The position numbers were made by a program, and so were the translations under genes. A stretch of 64,000 nt of DNA from the NCBI GenBank assembly GCA_963555985.3, contig OY820591.1, positions 2,272,001 to 2,336,000 on the forward strand, given 5' to 3'. The notes beneath the pieces were generated by a model. That model saw nothing but the letters and a program-made list of their open reading frames with translations. It made no database searches and was not told the DNA's origin. Shown piece by piece: positions 9,531-19,313 of the stretch. Every line of letters starts with the position of its first letter. The stretch's first letter is position 1. The stretch is from Dehalococcoidia bacterium (GTDB taxonomy: Bacteria > Chloroflexota > Dehalococcoidia > Bin125).

Positions 9531-9617
9531 GGCGCAAGTGTAGGCATCCTGTGATCCTCTAAACTGAACCAGCGCAGATCGCGCTAAACCCACATCCTCA
9601 CGCTCGAAGGAGCTGCC

Positions 9618-10535
9618 ATGACCACCGCCGCCGCGCCGACCATTACCAAGGAGCAGGTCGATTTCTACCACGAAAACGGCTTCCTGCTGATGCCCAAGCT
9701 GCTCCCCGACGACGTGCTCCAGGCGCTCCGCGACGAAACCGACCGGATCGTGGCCGAAGCCACCGGCCTCACCGATCACAACGCGCAGTACGACCTCGAA
9801 GATTCGCACACGCCCGAAGAACCGCGCGTGCGCCGGCTCAAGTCCCCTTCCTGGCACTGGCCCTTCTTCCGCGAGCTCGCGCAGCACCCGGTGCTGATGG
9901 AGGTCGTGACCGCCCTGATCGGCCCCAACGTCCGCCTCCAGAACGACAAGCTCAACATGAAGGCCGCCGAGTACGGCGCGCCCGTCGAGTGGCACCAGGA
10001 CTGGCCCTTCTACCCCCACACCAACGACGACCTCGTCGCCGCCGGCATCCTGCTCGACGACTGCTACGCCGTCAACGGCCCGCTGCTGGTCGTGCCGGGC
10101 TCGCACAAGCGCAAGATCTACGACCACCACCACCCCGAAGGCCGCTACTTCACCGGCGCCGTCGAACCGGAAGAGTTCGACTGGGACATGGAGAAGGATC
10201 TGGTCGCGCTGGAGGGGCCGGCGGGATCGGTCTCGTTCCACCATGTGCGGACGATGCACGGGTCGGCGCTGAACCGATCGGAGAATCCGCGCCGGTTGTT
10301 GCTCTTCGGCTACGCCGCCGCCGACGCCTGGCCGATCATGGGCCTGGGCAAGATGACGCTCGATCAGTACAACGGCTTCATGTGCGCCGGAGATACCGTC
10401 GAGCAGCCGCGTCAGACCGAGGTGCCGGCGTATCTGCCGTTGCCGGCCTCGCCGAAGCAGGGGTCGATCTACGAGAATCAGAAGACGGTCAAGAATCGAT
10501 TCTTCGACACCTACGAGGATCGCCGGAAGGGGTAA
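9618..10535 (+). CDS. Phytanoyl-CoA dioxygenase (PhyH) family Fe/2OG oxygenase
   Basis: WHQDW, VVPGSHK and HGSALNRS..RR motifs. Confidence 0.93.
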   Translation: MTTAAAPTITKEQVDFYHENGFLLMPKLLPDDVLQALRDETDRIVAEATGLTDHNAQYDLEDSHTPEEPRVRRLKSPSWHWPFFRELAQHPVLMEVVTALIGPNVRLQNDKLNMKAAEYGAPVEWHQDWPFYPHTNDDLVAAGILLDDCYAVNGPLLVVPGSHKRKIYDHHHPEGRYFTGAVEPEEFDWDMEKDLVALEGPAGSVSFHHVRTMHGSALNRSENPRRLLLFGYAAADAWPIMGLGKMTLDQYNGFMCAGDTVEQPRQTEVPAYLPLPASPKQGSIYENQKTVKNRFFDTYEDRRKG

Positions 10536-10613
10536 TCCAGAACTCGCTCTGGAAGCGGCCCGCGGCAAAGCCAAGAGCAAGATTCAAAAGGGGGCTAGAC
10601 GCCTGTGACCAAT

Positions 10614-11423
10614 ATGGCCAGAGCAGAGGCTCTCACTCGACTTGAGGAATCCATCGATCAGTGCCGCTCTCTCAAGGGGGGGAGCACCGACACCCAAGAT
10701 TTCAAAGTCTGGCACAGAAACACCTCCGTCGCCCTCAGATACATATTCGGCGAGCAGAGCGATCATCTGGAGGAGTTTCAGAACATCAGCTACACCCCTT
10801 GGGTATACGTCTCGGGAATGACTGACGCGGACTTCAGGCCGCCGTACGAAGCAGGGCTGAATCGAGCCGAGGCCATGTTGCTGTCGATGCATGAAGAGAT
10901 TGAAGAGTTCTGGAAGGAAGATCGCAAAACTGAGTCGAGAGATCTCGCTCCTGAGACTCAGCGTACGGGGTCCGGGGACAGGGTTTTTCTCGTGCATGGT
11001 CGCGACGATGGAGCCAAGGACTCGGTCGCGAGATATCTGGCGGAGTTGGGACTTGGCGTGGTTGTCCTGCATGAGCAGCCAAACAGGGGCCGTACGATCA
11101 TCGAGAAATTTGAAGACTACTCGGATGTCGGATCCGCGATTGTCCTGTGCACGGGAGACGATGTTGGTTCTCTGAGGGGAGCGGAAGAGGACATGGAGTC
11201 TCGAGCAAGGCAGAACGTGATATTCGAGTGGGGATACTTCGTTGGGAAGCTGGGGCGTGAGCGGGTGTTCGCGCTGGTTGCCGAAGGCATCACTCGCCCG
11301 TCGGACTATGACGGCGTGATCTACGTCCCGTTCGATGCGTCAGGTGCTTGGAGACTGTTGCTGGGCCAAGAAATGCGGGCCGCAGGCTTGCCGATCGACT
11401 TGAACCAGCTGGGACGGCGATAG
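10614..11423 (+). CDS. Stand-alone TIR-like (Cap12/Pycsar-type TIR) protein
   Basis: VFLVHGRD, GRTIIEKFE, RARQNVIFEWGYFVGKLGRERV and PSDYDGVIY motifs. Confidence 0.88.
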   Translation: MARAEALTRLEESIDQCRSLKGGSTDTQDFKVWHRNTSVALRYIFGEQSDHLEEFQNISYTPWVYVSGMTDADFRPPYEAGLNRAEAMLLSMHEEIEEFWKEDRKTESRDLAPETQRTGSGDRVFLVHGRDDGAKDSVARYLAELGLGVVVLHEQPNRGRTIIEKFEDYSDVGSAIVLCTGDDVGSLRGAEEDMESRARQNVIFEWGYFVGKLGRERVFALVAEGITRPSDYDGVIYVPFDASGAWRLLLGQEMRAAGLPIDLNQLGRR

Positions 11424-11548
11424 ACCCAGCTGGGTCTCCATGGCAACGGCGAAGATCGTCGGCTCAGCGCCGGAAATCAAAGAAGCAAGCAGGCTACTTG
11501 GCCGTTGCCAATTCGCTAGCCTTCTGCTAATCGAGCGGGAGGTACCTC

Positions 11549-13393
11549 ATGTCGAACTCGAACTACTGGAAGCGAATGCGGAACCGGCGGCTGTCTCGCC
11601 GGGCCGTGCTGCGATCGGCGGCGACGGCGGGAGTCGGCGCGGCCGGCTTGGCTCTGGTCGGCTGCGGCGACGATGACGACGACCAGCAGCAGGCGGCGCC
11701 GGCCGCAGCACAGGCCGAGCCGCAACAGGAGCAACAGCAACAGACGGCCGCGCAGGTCGCTCAGCAGGCCGAGCAGCAGGAACAGCAGGCCGAACAGCAA
11801 CAGCAGGCGATGCAGCAACAGCAACAGCAGGCCGCTGTCGCTCAGGCCCAGGAGACGGACGACACCCCGCCGATCGGCGGGGAGTTGCGGATTTCGGATA
11901 CGTCCGACTTGGCCTCGTTCGACGGCTTCCTCACTTTCGGCTACAAGGCCTTCCTACACGGTCACAACTGCTACCCGATGCTGACCCAGTTCTCCAATAA
12001 CCCGGGCCAGTCATCGATCGACTTCCAGCCCGAACTCTGGCTGGCCGACTCCTATGAGCAGCCCGACGACTCCACCTGGCTCTTCACGATCAAGGCCAAC
12101 GCCGTCTGGGAAGACCGCGAGCCGGTCAACGGTCGCAATGTGACAGCCGAGGATGTCGCGTTCTCCTTCGAGGAGGAGCGCTACGGCGGATATCCCAACC
12201 GCGGCGCGATCCAGCCCAGCCTCGTCGGTGTCGAAGCGACCGACGACCGCACGGTCAAGTTCGACCTCAACGGCCCGCTCGCGCCCTTCCTGCTCTACCT
12301 CGGACACCACGCCGGCCCCTATGTGATGCCGCCCGAGCTGCTCATTGACGAGCAGTCGCGCACCACCATGATCAGCGCCGGGCCGTTCCTGCTCGACGAG
12401 TACGAACCCGGCTCCCGTGTCGTCTACAAGCGCAACCCCGATTACTTCGACGCGCCCAAGCCCTACGCCGACACCCTTGTCATCAACTTCATCAGCGACA
12501 ACTCCGCCATCGCCGCCGCCTTCCTCACCGGCGAACTCAACACCACCTGGTTCGGCGTCGCCCCGCCAATCGTCGAAGAACTCGAAGAAGGCATCCCCGG
12601 CGCGACCTGGGAGTTCCAGCCCAGCCTCGTGATCGGCGGCATCTTCCCCGACCTCGCCCTCGAACCGTTCACCGACCCCCGCGTGCGCCAGGCGATCTCG
12701 GTCGCCATCGACCGCGATTCGATCCTGACCGTCGGCGGCGCGCTCGAGCGAGGCCAATGGTCCACCGCCCTCCCGCCGCTCGCCGGCTGGTGGGTCAATC
12801 CCAAGGAGGACGACGCGCTCGGCGCCTACTACCGCCATGATCCCGCCAAAGCCAGGCAACTGTTGGACGCCGCCGGCGTTGACGAACTCAGCGGCGTGCC
12901 CTTCCACACCACCACCGCCTACGGCCCGATCTTCGCCGAACAGTCGCAGGTCGTGCAGGCCAACCTGCTCCAGGTCGGCGTCGGCGTCGACCTCGTCGTC
13001 AACGAGCCGACCGTTCACTACTCCACGATCTTCAACGGCAGCACCACCGGTGTGATCGGACACACCCTCTCCGTGGCCTCGATCGAGCCGGACGAAGCGT
13101 TGCGCAACGTCTTCATTCCCGACAGCCCGCGCAGCCCCATTCCCAACGGCGAGCTGATGGGTGAAGACGCGCGTCTGCTCGAGCTGCTCAACCAGCAGCG
13201 CACCGAGAGCGATGTCGAAGCGCGCCGAGCCCAGCTCTACGACCTGCAACTCCACATCGCCGAGCAGATGTACTCGGTCCCCTGGGTCAACCCGCCGATC
13301 TCGCAGATCGCGCGGCCTGAACTCTCCGGCGTGCAATTCATCCAGACCTTCGCGCCCGCCCCCTCGCTGGAGGACATGTGGTTCAACACCTAG
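11549..13393 (+). CDS. ABC transporter family-5 substrate-binding lipoprotein with Tat signal
   Basis: SRRAVL twin-Arg, LVGC lipobox, Gln-rich linker, GPFLL..YEPGSRVVYKRNPDYF and DPRVRQAIS motifs. Confidence 0.92.
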   Translation: MSNSNYWKRMRNRRLSRRAVLRSAATAGVGAAGLALVGCGDDDDDQQQAAPAAAQAEPQQEQQQQTAAQVAQQAEQQEQQAEQQQQAMQQQQQQAAVAQAQETDDTPPIGGELRISDTSDLASFDGFLTFGYKAFLHGHNCYPMLTQFSNNPGQSSIDFQPELWLADSYEQPDDSTWLFTIKANAVWEDREPVNGRNVTAEDVAFSFEEERYGGYPNRGAIQPSLVGVEATDDRTVKFDLNGPLAPFLLYLGHHAGPYVMPPELLIDEQSRTTMISAGPFLLDEYEPGSRVVYKRNPDYFDAPKPYADTLVINFISDNSAIAAAFLTGELNTTWFGVAPPIVEELEEGIPGATWEFQPSLVIGGIFPDLALEPFTDPRVRQAISVAIDRDSILTVGGALERGQWSTALPPLAGWWVNPKEDDALGAYYRHDPAKARQLLDAAGVDELSGVPFHTTTAYGPIFAEQSQVVQANLLQVGVGVDLVVNEPTVHYSTIFNGSTTGVIGHTLSVASIEPDEALRNVFIPDSPRSPIPNGELMGEDARLLELLNQQRTESDVEARRAQLYDLQLHIAEQMYSVPWVNPPISQIARPELSGVQFIQTFAPAPSLEDMWFNT

Positions 13394-13441
13394 GCGGCGC
13401 GAGCTAGCGATTCGAGCGGCGGCGGACAAGGGGGCGGCCAG

Positions 13442-14392
13442 ATGCGCGGCTACCTCGTCCGCCGCATACTCCTCGCCATCCTCACGCTCTTCGGCATCAG
13501 CGTGATCGTCGCAGGAGTCATGCGCACCCTCCCGGGCGATGTCGTCGATGTGCTCGCCGCCGAAGCCTTCTACGACGACACCGAGAAAGAGCGACTGCGC
13601 GAGGAACTCGGTCTTGACGCGCCCTTCTTCGAGTATTTCGGCAACTGGTTCGTAGACGCTGTCCAGGGCGACTTCGGCAAGGCGCTCCGCACCCAGCGCG
13701 ATGTGCGTGGCGATCTTGTCAACCGCATCGACGTGACGATCGAGCTCGCCATTCTCGGTCTCATCATCGCCACGATGATCTCCGTGCCCCTGGGCGTGAT
13801 CGCCGCGCTCCAGCGCAGCCGCTGGCCCGATTATGTGGCCCGCAGCATCGCCGTCTTCGCGCTCGCCATCCCCGGATTCTGGCTCGCCACTCTCGCCATC
13901 GTCTTCGGCGCCAAATGGTTCACTTGGTCGCCGCCCCTGGGCTATCAGGCGATCTGGGAAGCGCCGCTCACCAATCTCCAGCAAATGTGGCTGCCCGCCC
14001 TGCTCTTCGGACTGATCCTCGCCGGCGTCCAAACCCGCATCCTCCGCACCGCCCTGCTCGATGTCCTGCGCCAGGATTACATGCTCACCGCACGCGCAAA
14101 AGGCCTCTCGCGCACCCTGCTCCTGCGCCGACACGCGCTGCGCAACTCCCTGATCCCCTTCATCACCGTGATTGGAGTGCAGTTCCCCGTAGTACTCGGC
14201 GGCTCGGTCGTCTTCGAATTGATCTTCAGCCTGCCGGGCATCGGCACCTACCTGCTCGACGGTATCGCCAACCGCGACTACATCGTCGTGCAGGCCGTCA
14301 ACGTCTGGATCGCCGGCGCCGTGATCCTCACCAACCTCTTCGTGGACGTGTCGTATGGCTTCCTCGACCCACGCATCCGCGTCAGCAGCTGA
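13442..14392 (+). CDS. ABC permease (DppB/OppB-like)
   Basis: YMLTARAKGL...HALRNSLIP and RDYIVVQA motifs. Confidence 0.93.
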   Translation: MRGYLVRRILLAILTLFGISVIVAGVMRTLPGDVVDVLAAEAFYDDTEKERLREELGLDAPFFEYFGNWFVDAVQGDFGKALRTQRDVRGDLVNRIDVTIELAILGLIIATMISVPLGVIAALQRSRWPDYVARSIAVFALAIPGFWLATLAIVFGAKWFTWSPPLGYQAIWEAPLTNLQQMWLPALLFGLILAGVQTRILRTALLDVLRQDYMLTARAKGLSRTLLLRRHALRNSLIPFITVIGVQFPVVLGGSVVFELIFSLPGIGTYLLDGIANRDYIVVQAVNVWIAGAVILTNLFVDVSYGFLDPRIRVSS

Positions 14393-15260
14393 GCCGCCCG
14401 TGCTCGGCGCCGGGCGCGCCCTCCGCGCCGTCGGCCGCGTCGTCAGGCGCTACCCCTTCCCCTGTCTGATCACGCTTATCCTCTGCGCCATTGGCGCAGG
14501 CTCCGGCCTGGCCGACTTCATCGCCCCCTACGATCCCAACGCCGTCAACCCCATCGACCGTCTGCAAGGTCCCAACTCCACCTACTGGATGGGCACCGAC
14601 GCGCTTGGCCGCGACGTCTTCACCCGCATCCTCTACGGCGGACGCGCCTCGCTCGGCGTCAGCATCGCTTCGGTTGCGCTGGGAGTGGTGATCGCCACCG
14701 CGGTTGGACTCGTCAGCGGGGCCTTGGGCGGCTGGTTCGACTCCCTCATCCAACGAGTCGTCGACATGCTGATGGCCTTCCCCGGCCTGATCATCGTGAT
14801 CTCGCTTACGGCATTCTTCGGCACCAGCGTCACTCTCCTGATCGTGGTCATCGCCATTGCCCTGCTCGGAGGCGGCATTCGCATCGCTCGAGCCGCCGCC
14901 ATCCAAGTCGGCTCCCAGCCCTACATCGAGGCCGCCCGCACGATCGGCGCCACCACGCCCAGGATCATCGTGCGTCACATCCTGCCCAACGCCCTGCCCC
15001 CGATCATGGTGATCGCCACCGCCTACCTCGGCATCGCCATCCTGATCGAAGCCTCCGTCTCCTTCCTCGGCTACGGCATCCAACCCCCGTCCGCCTCCTG
15101 GGGCTTCATGCTCGGAGCCGAAGCCCGCATCCACATGATCGAGCAACCCTGGCTCTCGGTCTGGCCGGGTCTCGCCATCTTCCTCACCGTCTTCAGCTTC
15201 AACATCATCGGCGACGCCCTCCGCGACGCCTGGGATCCACGCCTGCGCGGGGCTGGCTGA
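14355..15260 (+). CDS. ABC permease (DppC/OppC-like)
   Basis: GTDALGRDVFTR, YIEAARTIGA and GDALRDAWDPR motifs. Confidence 0.93.
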   Translation: MASSTHASASAAEPPVLGAGRALRAVGRVVRRYPFPCLITLILCAIGAGSGLADFIAPYDPNAVNPIDRLQGPNSTYWMGTDALGRDVFTRILYGGRASLGVSIASVALGVVIATAVGLVSGALGGWFDSLIQRVVDMLMAFPGLIIVISLTAFFGTSVTLLIVVIAIALLGGGIRIARAAAIQVGSQPYIEAARTIGATTPRIIVRHILPNALPPIMVIATAYLGIAILIEASVSFLGYGIQPPSASWGFMLGAEARIHMIEQPWLSVWPGLAIFLTVFSFNIIGDALRDAWDPRLRGAG

Positions 15261-15336
15261 TACCGCTGACCTAGCTCGACTTGTACGATGAGAGACGCAC
15301 GCAGTTAGGGATTTCGGCGGGCGGCAAGGGCGTCCC

Positions 15337-16458
15337 ATGAGCGCAGATAACCACCCCGGCGAACTGCACCTCCCCGACCTGGCCATCCAGGGCTTCCTCG
15401 GCATCCGCGACTTGACCATCAATCGTCTAGGGCGAGTCACACTCATCGCAGGCATGAACGGCGTCGGCAAGTCAACCGTATTGGACGCAGTGCGGGTGTT
15501 CGCTGATCGAGGAGGTACCGGGACCCTGATCGACTTGCTCGATCGACGAGACGAGCAGGTTGAGTACCAGGACGAAGATGGCGATTCGGTAGCAGGTATT
15601 CGCTGGGCATCCCTGTTCCACGGTCGCCGATTCACCCAAGAATCCACAATCTCGATCGGACCGATCGATGAAGATCGGCGATTGACCATGTGTGTTCGTC
15701 ACCCAACTGAGAATGAGATGGATCGCCTACAGCGGCGTTCTGAGGTGGTATGGGACGCCGACCTTCAGACGTTAGCGGCGCGACATCAAGGTGGGGAGCA
15801 AGCCACCATCATGGCCCCCACCCCGCGCCGGCGCACATATATGCCGCTGCCGCGTGAAGCGCACCGTCCCACTCGCCCATCCGTAATCCCGTGTGTTTCG
15901 GTCGGGCCGGGCCTCCTCAGTGGTCGCAGCATCCTCGACCTGTGGGCAGACATTGCTCTCACAGATTCCGAGACCAGAACGATCGAGGCGCTCAATCTGC
16001 TCGGTGACGGCATTCCCTGCGTTGAGCGAGTGGCCGTGATTGGTGCCCAACGCGCAGTCCAGCCGATGGCAATAGTCCGCGTAACCGGCCAAGAACAACC
16101 AATCCCGCTGAGCAGCCTCGGCGAAGGAGCCGTGCGCATGTTCGGTGTCGCGCTTGCACTCGCCAATAGTAGAAGCGGATTCCTGTTAATCGACGAAGTG
16201 GAGAACGGCATCCACCACTCAGTGCAGGAGCGGTTCTGGAAGATGATCCTAAAGACCGCGTGTCGCGACAATGTCCAGGTGCTCGCCACGACCCATAGTT
16301 GGGACACCGTGGCCGGCTACGCGCGCGCCGCGACACAGATCGAAGAAGTGGAAGGGTTGCTAGTGCGGCTGGAATGCGACGATGAAGGCATGTTTGCCGT
16401 GGAGTACACACAAGAGGACCTGAAAGTCGCAGCCGACCAGGGCATCGAGGTAAGGTAG
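15337..16458 (+). CDS. AAA_21/AAA_15-type ABC ATPase (defence-associated)
   Basis: Walker A GMNGVGKST, LGEG signature, LLIDEVENGIHH and ATTHS motifs. Confidence 0.9.
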   Translation: MSADNHPGELHLPDLAIQGFLGIRDLTINRLGRVTLIAGMNGVGKSTVLDAVRVFADRGGTGTLIDLLDRRDEQVEYQDEDGDSVAGIRWASLFHGRRFTQESTISIGPIDEDRRLTMCVRHPTENEMDRLQRRSEVVWDADLQTLAARHQGGEQATIMAPTPRRRTYMPLPREAHRPTRPSVIPCVSVGPGLLSGRSILDLWADIALTDSETRTIEALNLLGDGIPCVERVAVIGAQRAVQPMAIVRVTGQEQPIPLSSLGEGAVRMFGVALALANSRSGFLLIDEVENGIHHSVQERFWKMILKTACRDNVQVLATTHSWDTVAGYARAATQIEEVEGLLVRLECDDEGMFAVEYTQEDLKVAADQGIEVR

Positions 16459-16465
16459 CCAGTCG

Positions 16466-17098
16466 GTGAGTCCTCGCACCTCCCGGACATCTGCTCGTGT
16501 CCTGCTCGTTGAAGGACCAGATGATCTGCATGTCATCGAAGAATTGTGGTCGCGCCAACTCGGACTCGACCCGACATGGACGTCCGCCCCAAAGGAGGGT
16601 GCTGATCAGCTCCTTAGGTCGCTCTATGGCGAGGTAAACACCTCCAAACGTCAGGTTGTCGGAGTTGTCATTGATGCCGATGGCGATGTCCGGAGTCGCT
16701 GGGTCGCGATCCGAGACCAGCTTCGGAGAGCACGCATACAAGCTCCTGAACACCGAGAACAAGCCGGTACGATCATCACGGCCACAAGACGAAAGCCCCG
16801 CGTCGGAGTCTGGATCATGCCCGACAACGCCTCCCCAGGCGAACTCGAAGACTTCGTCGCCCAAATGGTGCCAACCGGCGATCTTGTCTGGCCCAGAGCC
16901 GAGCACTACATCGCAAGCATTCCTGAATCGGATCGCAAATTCACCGAAACGAAAACAACCAGAGCCATCGTCCACGCCTGGCTGGCCACCAGAGAAGACC
17001 CCCGCCGGATGGGTACCGCAATCCGAGCAGGCGACCTCCAAACCAACGGCGATCTCTGCAACCGCTTCCTCAACTGGCTCCAAAGACTCTTCGAGTAG
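16466..17098 (+). CDS. DUF3226-like TOPRIM-fold protein
   Basis: LLVEGPDD, VVIDAD and WIMPDNASPGELEDF motifs; directly follows the ATPase. Confidence 0.8.
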   Translation: MSPRTSRTSARVLLVEGPDDLHVIEELWSRQLGLDPTWTSAPKEGADQLLRSLYGEVNTSKRQVVGVVIDADGDVRSRWVAIRDQLRRARIQAPEHREQAGTIITATRRKPRVGVWIMPDNASPGELEDFVAQMVPTGDLVWPRAEHYIASIPESDRKFTETKTTRAIVHAWLATREDPRRMGTAIRAGDLQTNGDLCNRFLNWLQRLFE

Positions 17099-17139
17099 AC
17101 CAGACCACACTCCCAGCCTCCGCACCGAGCCAAACCGGA

Positions 17140-17450
17140 TACAGTGAGAACCCACGTGCTCAAGAACTCAGGAAGCCTGACGTGTCAAAGCCCTGTCTGC
17201 GAAACCAATCTCCGAGTCTCACAGCCGTCATCATCGCCCAACCGAACCTGAACAAACCTGAACGCCTGAACACCCAAAACCCCAGAAAACACAGGACATC
17301 CGTGATCTCAACGCCCAGAAAAAATTCTGAGCTGAACACCCTGAACACCCCTCGAAACCAGCGTCCCAACGCACAGCGTTTTTCTCAACCGAAATCGCCC
17401 GCGAACCCCAACCCAAAATCCCTACACTTCCACCACTCTGATCTCTGATC
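17140..17450 (+). other. C/A-rich intergenic element with LexA-box-like site and CTGAAC direct repeats
   Basis: AGAAC-CCAC-GTGCT at 17147-17160; CTGAAC at 17248, 17258, 17266, 17332 and 17341; A-tract 17319-17326; resembles 55900-56400. Confidence 0.55.
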
Positions 17451-17467
17451 CTGGAAAGGAAGATCCC

Positions 17468-18577
17468 ATGGCCACCGGACGTGTCGTCGTCGTCAAGGAA
17501 TATCAGCAGCCATTCGTGATCGAGGAATACCCCGTCCCCGATCCCGAGCCCGGCGCGATTGTGCTGCGCATCACCCAAGCCGGCGTCTGCGGCTCCGACC
17601 TCCACACCTGGCGCGGCGACATGGTTGCCACCCCCTTGCCCGCCGGCGGCCGCGTCATGGGACACGAAGGCACGGGCGTCGTCCATGCCCTCGGCGAAGG
17701 TGTTTCAACCGACTCGCTCGGCCGCGAGATCGCCCTCGGCGACCGCCTCATGTACTCCGCCATCACCCCCTGCGGACGCTGCTACCAGTGTTCGCGCGGC
17801 GAGCCCAACTGGTGCTCCGATCGTGGAGCCTGGTCGCGCGAAGCGGGCACGCACCCCTACTTCACCGGCACCTACGCCGACTACTACTACCTCAAGCCCA
17901 ACCACCCGGTTTTCAAGGTTCCCGACGAACTCCCGGACGAAGTGCTCGGCTTCGTCAACTGCGCGATGGGCACGACGACCGAAGGTCTAATGCGAGCGGG
18001 CTGCAAGGAGAACGACTTCGTCGTGATCCAGGGCGCGGGCGGGCTCGGCCTCAACGCCACCGCGATGGCCAAGGACATGGGCGCGCACAAGGTGATCGTG
18101 CTCGACCGCCTGCCGCAGCGGCTCGCCCTCGCCGAGGAGTTCGGCGCAGACCACACCATCAACGTCGAAGAGTTCAACACGCCCGAGACCCGCCGCCGCG
18201 CTGTCTGGGAACTGACCGAGGGTCGGGGCGCGAACATTGTGATGGAGCTGGTCGGGCGCTCCGAACTCCTCGCCGAAGGCATCACCTATCTCTGCAACGG
18301 CGGCACCTTCGTCGAAATCGGCGACATCGTGCTCGGTACCACGGTCGAGATCGACCCGACCTTCCTGCTCAGCGGCAAGAAAATCATGGGCTCGGTCATG
18401 TACCGGCCGCATCTGCTGCCGCTGATGATGGACATGCTGCTCAAGAATCAGCGAGACATTCCCTACGACAAGATCGTCTCGCACACCTACCCGCTCGCCG
18501 ACGTCAACCAAGCCTTCGAAGACAGCGAATGGCACGAACGAGACACGAACGTATCGCGGTCAATGCTGGTGCCCTAG
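17468..18577 (+). CDS. Zinc-dependent alcohol dehydrogenase family
   Basis: CGSDLH, GHEG, CGRCYQC...C and GAGGLG motifs. Confidence 0.95.
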   Translation: MATGRVVVVKEYQQPFVIEEYPVPDPEPGAIVLRITQAGVCGSDLHTWRGDMVATPLPAGGRVMGHEGTGVVHALGEGVSTDSLGREIALGDRLMYSAITPCGRCYQCSRGEPNWCSDRGAWSREAGTHPYFTGTYADYYYLKPNHPVFKVPDELPDEVLGFVNCAMGTTTEGLMRAGCKENDFVVIQGAGGLGLNATAMAKDMGAHKVIVLDRLPQRLALAEEFGADHTINVEEFNTPETRRRAVWELTEGRGANIVMELVGRSELLAEGITYLCNGGTFVEIGDIVLGTTVEIDPTFLLSGKKIMGSVMYRPHLLPLMMDMLLKNQRDIPYDKIVSHTYPLADVNQAFEDSEWHERDTNVSRSMLVP

Positions 18578-18580
18578 CGA

Positions 18581-19213
18581 TCAGTCAATCCAGTCCGGCG
18601 TAACGCCCCAGCGATCCTCCGACACGATCTCCCGCAGCGGCTTCCGATTCAGTGGGCCGAAACGTCCTCTGGGGTAGCCCAAAGGGACGCAGTAGACGAC
18701 CTGCGCGTTGTCGGGGATCTCGAAGAGCGCCTTGACCCGTTCATCGACGACGGCGTGGAGCGTGGTGATCGTCCCGCCGATGCCGAGCCCTCGTGCGGCC
18801 AGCAGCAAGTTCTGGACCGACGGAATCACCGACTGGGCAGCGCCCGCACCGGGCGCGGTGGCGCAGAGCAGAATCATTACGGGCACATCGCCGATTTCGT
18901 CGGCGAGGCGCATCGCCGAACGGCGCACGGGATTCTCGAAGGCGGGGTGATCGGGGCCTTCGATGCCCTCGTCGGCGCGCTTGGCCCACCAGGCTTCGTG
19001 GTAGAGCTTGCCCAGCTCGGCCTTCTTCTCCGGGTCGCGTACGACGAGGAAATGCCAGGGCTGCGCGTTGCCGCCGTTGGGCGCCTGTCGCGCGGCGTCG
19101 AGGATGATCTCCAGATCCTGATCGGAGATCGGGTCGGGGCGCATGCGGCGGATGGCGCGCATGGAGTAGATCGCTTCGTAGAGCGGGAGGCCGAGTCGTC
19201 CGTAGCGAGGCAT
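18581..19213 (-). CDS. Nitroreductase family protein
   Basis: RAIRR, APNGGNAQPWHF and QNLLLAARGLGIG motifs. Confidence 0.92.
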   Translation of the reverse strand: MPRYGRLGLPLYEAIYSMRAIRRMRPDPISDQDLEIILDAARQAPNGGNAQPWHFLVVRDPEKKAELGKLYHEAWWAKRADEGIEGPDHPAFENPVRRSAMRLADEIGDVPVMILLCATAPGAGAAQSVIPSVQNLLLAARGLGIGGTITTLHAVVDERVKALFEIPDNAQVVYCVPLGYPRGRFGPLNRKPLREIVSEDRWGVTPDWID

Positions 19214-19313
19214 GATGTGTTCCTCTCCGTCAATCAGGCGGGCGATTTGATTCGACGCTATCGTAAGCGTCCAACGAGACCGATTGACGACAAGCACAGG
19301 CACAGGAGTTCAC

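Noticed and set aside
9531-10580. N-terminal extension of the 897-aa ORF and other long antisense ORFs (4560..6065, 12011..14134, 33748..35316, 52132..53940 extension)
   Set aside because: Shadow frames of real genes on the opposite strand, common in high-GC DNA.
7080-15336. Possible further gene-end remnants (IVR near 7130, EDRR near 11450, RDA..RRA near 15290)
   Set aside because: Only 3-5 matching residues by eye, not distinguishable from chance without computation.
15337-16458. ATPase as the missing DppD/F subunit
   Set aside because: It lacks the LSGG signature and oligopeptide-ATPase C-terminal domain, has different codon usage, and is paired with a TOPRIM-like gene.
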